Part shown: positions 59,350-64,000 of the stretch, in pieces
Numbering within the stretch: position 1 is the first letter of the stretch
Layout: every line of letters begins with the position of its first letter
Assembly: GCA_018672235.1 (NCBI GenBank)
Contig: JABHGE010000003.1
Location: 1-64,000 of the forward strand
Length of the DNA stretch: 64,000 nucleotides
Direction: 5' to 3'
Origin: Fidelibacterota bacterium
Lineage (GTDB): Bacteria; Fidelibacterota; Marinisomatia; Marinisomatales; Marinisomataceae
Translations under genes and position numbers: made by a program
Notes under the pieces: generated by a model
What the model was told of the DNA's origin: nothing
What the model saw: the letters and a program-made list of their open reading frames with translations, nothing else
Database searches by the model: none

Positions 59350-60569
59350 TTTAATTCTTTTAAACTTTCTTTTATTCTTTTAATACCACTTTTGATGATT
59401 TCACTACTTGTTGCAAAAGAAAATCTTAAATAACCTTTTGCGCCAAAACCATCTCCTGCAACTGTTACTACTCTTGCAGTGTCGAGAATATAGTCAGAAA
59501 GGTCGAAAGTGTCGCGTAAAATTTTACCATCTTTTGTTTCCCTATTAAGATAGGTTGAAAAGTCAGGAAACATATAAAATGCTCCTCCAGGCATATCACA
59601 TGTTATGCCATCTAGCTCATTTAAGGCTTCAAACATAACCTGTCTTCTTTCTTGAAATTTATACTTCATATCTAGTATAGGTTTCTGATCTCCCAAGAGG
59701 GCGGCGACAGATGCTTTTTGACCGATAGCGTTAGGACAAGAAGTTGTTTGACCTTGAATTTTAGACATGGCTTTTACAATTATTTCATTTGCAGTAGCAT
59801 ATCCAATGCGCCAGCCAGTCATAGCATATGTTTTTGACATGCTTCTAATCGTTAATATTTCTGCACCAATAGTATTTAGGACATCAAGAGCAGTAAACTT
59901 TCTATCATAAACTAGCTCTTCATATGTTTCATCAGAAATAACAACCCAATTATTTGCTTTACTAATTTCTAGCATTTTGGTAATTGCTTCATCTGACCAT
60001 ACTCCACCAGTGGGATTACTAGGTGAATTAATAATTATACCCTTAATAGAAGAATCAACTGTTTTCAAGTCATATCCATCTACAATTTTTTTATGTAAAT
60101 CATCAAAATCAGGTTCGAATTGTTTGGATACCAGAGTATCTACTAATAGAGGTTCAGCTCCCGACAATCGCACAAACTCCGGGAAAGAAACCCAATAGGG
60201 TGAAAAAATAATGACTTTATCTCCTTCTTCAAAAAGCGCTTGGCATGCTACAGATAATGATTGTTTACCACCATTCGATACAATGATCTGATTGGTATCA
60301 TATAAGATACCCGTATCATTCTTTACCTTGGTTTGGATAGCCTCTTTTAGCTCTAACATTCCAGAGCCTGGCGTATACTTAGTATAGCCATCATCCATTG
60401 CTTTTTGTCCTGCCTCTATAATATGTCGAGGAGTATTGAAGTCTGGCTCACCAACACCAAAATTAATTACATCTACACCCTTAGCTCTTAATGCGGCAGC
60501 TCTAGCCGTCATTTGTAATGTAAAAGATGGTTTGATCTTATCAACTAATCTTGATAAAGATATAGACAT
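59346..60569 (-). CDS. PLP-dependent aminotransferase class I (aspartate aminotransferase-like)
   Basis: GEPDF, NSPSNPTG and SKTYAMTGWRIG motifs. Confidence 0.94.
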   Translation of the reverse strand: MSISLSRLVDKIKPSFTLQMTARAAALRAKGVDVINFGVGEPDFNTPRHIIEAGQKAMDDGYTKYTPGSGMLELKEAIQTKVKNDTGILYDTNQIIVSNGGKQSLSVACQALFEEGDKVIIFSPYWVSFPEFVRLSGAEPLLVDTLVSKQFEPDFDDLHKKIVDGYDLKTVDSSIKGIIINSPSNPTGGVWSDEAITKMLEISKANNWVVISDETYEELVYDRKFTALDVLNTIGAEILTIRSMSKTYAMTGWRIGYATANEIIVKAMSKIQGQTTSCPNAIGQKASVAALLGDQKPILDMKYKFQERRQVMFEALNELDGITCDMPGGAFYMFPDFSTYLNRETKDGKILRDTFDLSDYILDTARVVTVAGDGFGAKGYLRFSFATSSEIIKSGIKRIKESLKELK

Positions 60570-60570
60570 A

Positions 60571-61893
60571 TTACTGACTCATTAAATCAAGAAATTCTTG
60601 ATTTGTCTTAGTTCTTCTCATTCTTTCTGTCATAAAATTCATAGACTGCTCTGTACTCATTTCTCCTAACATTTTTCTTAAAATCCATATTCTGGATATA
60701 TGTTGTGGAGATAGAAGAAGCTCTTCTTTTCTAGTACCAGATTTCACAATATTAAATGCTGGATAAATACGTCTATCACTAAGTTCGCGATCTAAAACAA
60801 GTTCCATGTTGCCGGTCCCTTTAAACTCTTCAAAAATTACACCGTCCATTTTACTGCCTGTATCAATTAGAGCTGTAGCAATAATAGTTAAACTACCACC
60901 TTCCTCTGTATTACGAGCTGCTCCAAAAAATTTCTTTGGTTTTCTGAGGGCATTTGAATCAACTCCACCGGACAAAATCTTTCCACTATGAGGAATTACC
61001 GCATTATGTGCTCTACCTAATCGTGTAAGGCTATCAAGTAAAATTACAACGTCTTTTCCGCATTCTACTAAGCGTTGTGCTTTGTAAAGCGCCATATCTG
61101 ACACTTGTACATGTCTCTCTGGTCCCTCATCAAACGTAGAGGCTATAACTTCAGCATCTACACTACGCTTCATTTCTGTTACTTCTTCAGGTCTTTCATC
61201 AATCAATAAAATGATTAAAATTGTCTCTGGATGATTTCTTCTAATAGCGTTTGCAATTTTAGAAATTAAAATAGTTTTTCCGGTCTTAGGTTGTGCTACA
61301 ATTAATCCACGCTGACCTTTTCCAATCGGACAAACTAGATCCATAATTCTCATGGACATATCGCTGGTATTAGATAGATTAAATTTTTCATTTGGATGTA
61401 ACGGTGTATACTTATCAAAAGATCTTTGGTGTCTTATCTGATCTGGGTCTACGCCATTTACTGTTTCTAGCTTTAATAATGCATGAAATCTTTCTTTAGT
61501 TTTTGGTGCCCTAGTACTGCCTTCTACAAAATGCCCTGTTTTTAACTTAAATTTTTTAATCTGTGATGGGCTCACATATATATCTTCTGGGCCGGGTAAA
61601 TAATTATCATTTACGCTTCTTAAAAATCCATATCCATCAGGTAAAATCTCTAATACTCCTGCGGCTCTTTTTTCATTGCCTTCATTGTGATGAGATAGAT
61701 TCTTTGGGGCTTCTTTTACTTCAATATTTTTTTCTGGTCTTGGCGCCTCTTCTTTCTTTTCAGTGGGAGCAGCGCTAACCATAGCGTTCATCAATTCTTC
61801 TTTTGAAAAGGAAGAGATTTTTTCTATGCCCATCGTTTTTGCAATTTCTTTTAAATCGCTTAATTTTTTTTCTTTTAAATCGGTTAATTTCAT
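60571..61893 (-). CDS. rho: Transcription termination factor Rho
   Basis: [21 protein letters not shown] and [11 protein letters not shown] motifs. Confidence 0.98.
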   Translation of the reverse strand: MKLTDLKEKKLSDLKEIAKTMGIEKISSFSKEELMNAMVSAAPTEKKEEAPRPEKNIEVKEAPKNLSHHNEGNEKRAAGVLEILPDGYGFLRSVNDNYLPGPEDIYVSPSQIKKFKLKTGHFVEGSTRAPKTKERFHALLKLETVNGVDPDQIRHQRSFDKYTPLHPNEKFNLSNTSDMSMRIMDLVCPIGKGQRGLIVAQPKTGKTILISKIANAIRRNHPETILIILLIDERPEEVTEMKRSVDAEVIASTFDEGPERHVQVSDMALYKAQRLVECGKDVVILLDSLTRLGRAHNAVIPHSGKILSGGVDSNALRKPKKFFGAARNTEEGGSLTIIATALIDTGSKMDGVIFEEFKGTGNMELVLDRELSDRRIYPAFNIVKSGTRKEELLLSPQHISRIWILRKMLGEMSTEQSMNFMTERMRRTKTNQEFLDLMSQ

Positions 61894-61956
61894 TAGTTCC
61901 TCTATTAATTGTGAAATGTACTTCTAGGGGGAAAACACCTTGAAACGAAAATTACA

Positions 61957-63201
61957 TCATATGATGCCATTGTCAAAGGAAAAATCAAAAAACTTATACA
62001 CCTCTTTTGCGATGTAATGACTACCAAATATTACTTTTCCGCCAGAGTAATCTAATTGATCTATTACAGTCAATGCATCTTGTAAATTTTCTATAAATTC
62101 AAATTTTTGTAATAATGGATTATTCACAATCTCTTCTTTGTTGAGAATATCTTTCGAGGGGATAGTGGAAATAATAAGCCTTTCAAATGATTCGGAAAAA
62201 ATTTCTACTAATTCGGGATTGATTTTATCCTTTTTCAACACCAGAAGACCCAAGGGCTTTCTATTGTATATATTTTGTATATCTTTAACAAGAATCTCAA
62301 TGCCATTTCTATTGTGTGCTACGTCATAGAAAAAGTCTTTTTTCATTAACTGCATTCTTGCCGGCCAATACCAGCTATCTAGCGCCATCTGAATATTATT
62401 ATCTGAAATATTACTAAAATTATTAATACATGTCTCGATTGCTAGGACAGCATTTTGTGCTTGATATGAGCCTGCTTGAGGCAAAGTGAAGTTTTTATTC
62501 CTGTACACAAAGTTTATTGAATTAGATGTTTGTTTGTTCGGAAGAATATGTTTTTTATCCACAAAAGAAACATCGACATTTTTAGCTCTAGCATGTTTTG
62601 TAATTGTATCAATGACTCGCTGATCTGAATTTATCGTTATAGTTGGAATATTTTCTTTAAAAATTCCACATTTTTCAGCAGTAATTTTTTCAATAGAATC
62701 TCCCAAGATATGCATATGGTCATAATGAATCTCAGTAATGATTGTCTGAATAGGGGATAAAACATTTGTAGAATCTAGCCTACCTCCAAGGCCTGTTTCA
62801 ATAATAGCAATATCTATATTTTGGTTGGCAAAGTGTTTGAAAGCCAAAGCAGTAGTTGCTTCAAAAAATGTAATGGAACTATCGATTAAAGTTTGTTTAT
62901 GTTTTTCAATAAACTCTACAATATCTTTGTCCAATATAGGAACGCCATCAATTCTTATCCTTTCATTAAAATTTATTAGGTGAGGAGATGTATATAGCCC
63001 TACTTTATAGCCATTTTCTTGTAAGATTTTTGCAATAATAGACGATGTGGATCCTTTACCGTTTGTGCCTGCTAAATGTATTGTTTTAATTTTATTATGA
63101 GGATCTCCACAGACTTTTAAAAAACTTTCAATATTCTTTAGACCTAACTTTATCCCTCGATTATGTAGGCCATATAAAAATTCTAACGTAGAATTGATCA
63201 T
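61957..63201 (-). CDS. folC: Folylpolyglutamate synthase/dihydrofolate synthase
   Basis: AGTNGKGS, YTSPHL, ETGLGGRLDSTN and DVAHN motifs. Confidence 0.96.
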   Translation of the reverse strand: MINSTLEFLYGLHNRGIKLGLKNIESFLKVCGDPHNKIKTIHLAGTNGKGSTSSIIAKILQENGYKVGLYTSPHLINFNERIRIDGVPILDKDIVEFIEKHKQTLIDSSITFFEATTALAFKHFANQNIDIAIIETGLGGRLDSTNVLSPIQTIITEIHYDHMHILGDSIEKITAEKCGIFKENIPTITINSDQRVIDTITKHARAKNVDVSFVDKKHILPNKQTSNSINFVYRNKNFTLPQAGSYQAQNAVLAIETCINNFSNISDNNIQMALDSWYWPARMQLMKKDFFYDVAHNRNGIEILVKDIQNIYNRKPLGLLVLKKDKINPELVEIFSESFERLIISTIPSKDILNKEEIVNNPLLQKFEFIENLQDALTVIDQLDYSGGKVIFGSHYIAKEVYKFFDFSFDNGII

Positions 63202-63202
63202 G

Positions 63203-64000
63203 CTAATTGGTGTCTAGGGTCTGTTGATATCTCTCTATTGCTCTATAAATAGAAGTGGCTAATATATCTCTATACTGAGAGCTTTTTAATTTTTTTTCTT
63301 CTGCCGGATTAGATATATAGCCTAACTCAATTAAAACATTTGGCATCGAGGCATACGCCAAAACATAAAACCCAGCTTGTTTTATTCCCCTATCTTTACT
63401 TTGCAATCTCTTGTTCATCTCTTCTTGAACTAGTGCAGCAAATTTTTCACTTCCGTTTGCAAATCCAGATTGTGCGATGGTTACCTTAATAAGAGCTTCA
63501 TCTGTTAGTTTCGTAGTACTGCCGCCTTCAAGATCAAGTACTGCATTTTCTCTAGCAGCAGTTCTAACAGCGGCTGCATTTTTATTCATACCAATCATGT
63601 ATGTTTCAAAACCATTTGCTCTACGATCTTCGGCTGAGTTAGCATGAATACTAATAAATAATTTACCGTTATTTGAATTGGCAAGCTTTGTTCTGTCTTC
63701 TAATCTTATAAAAATATCTTCATCTCGCGTTAAAATTGTATTGATATTCATATTGCGTTCAATTTTTTTAACTAAGCGCTTTGCTACGTCTAGCGTGATA
63801 TCTTTTTCTTTGGTTCCTCTATACCCAATAGCTCCAGGATCTTTTCCTCCATGTCCAGGATCAATAATAATCGTATCAAGTTTCCACCTATTTTTTTCTT
63901 TCGTTAAATCCACATTAACTGCCGGAATTTCTTTGGTGTTTTTTATCTTAGAATTAAGGGAAATAGACATTGTAGTATAGTCTATCGATTGATGACCTGA
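63203..64000 (-). CDS. N-acetylmuramoyl-L-alanine amidase (Amidase_3), 5'-partial
   Basis: IDPGHGGKDPG, FISIHAN and VLIELGY motifs; frame stays open to the window edge. Confidence 0.94.
   Translation of the reverse strand, partial: SGHQSIDYTTMSISLNSKIKNTKEIPAVNVDLTKEKNRWKLDTIIIDPGHGGKDPGAIGYRGTKEKDITLDVAKRLVKKIERNMNINTILTRDEDIFIRLEDRTKLANSNNGKLFISIHANSAEDRRANGFETYMIGMNKNAAAVRTAARENAVLDLEGGSTTKLTDEALIKVTIAQSGFANGSEKFAALVQEEMNKRLQSKDRGIKQAGFYVLAYASMPNVLIELGYISNPAEEKKLKSSQYRDILATSIYRAIERYQQTLDTN

Overview
AT-rich, densely coded bacterial chromosome segment. Gene types (dimeric-type GlyRS, Zn-free L31, stand-alone GlmU N-terminal domain, TopA with C-terminal GxYGPY repeats) suggest a streamlined FCB-group marine bacterium such as Ca. 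Marinimicrobia; this is inference only. Most of the window is housekeeping (hisS, topA, glyS, mnmA, rsfS, argS, gcvP, carAB, ligA, dnaE, prmC, prfA, L31, rho, folC), plus an RND efflux operon, a cupredoxin/FTR1 iron-uptake pair with a Fur-like box, a TonB receptor-ggt locus, tRNA-Phe, tRNA-Lys and tmRNA. The most notable structure is at 1-2825. A ~2.5 kb integrase-less, single-gene cassette encoding an Ig/cadherin-repeat lipoprotein is bounded by ~254-bp direct repeats (about 96% identical). Each repeat contains the tRNA-Phe upstream region plus the 5' half of the tRNA, ending just past the anticodon loop, and phased TGTAATGTA motifs lie on both sides of that core. This resembles a lambda-like attP junction in a tandem, tRNA-anchored cassette array continuing left of the window. 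Other observations: the HAD gene at 12966-13610 is on the + strand (the ORF track says -), has palindromes at both ends and looks precisely inverted; a candidate sRNA or attenuator lies upstream of tmRNA; many genes appear leaderless; a Tat flavin oxidase remnant is internally deleted; and LptD has an unusually long jellyroll region.
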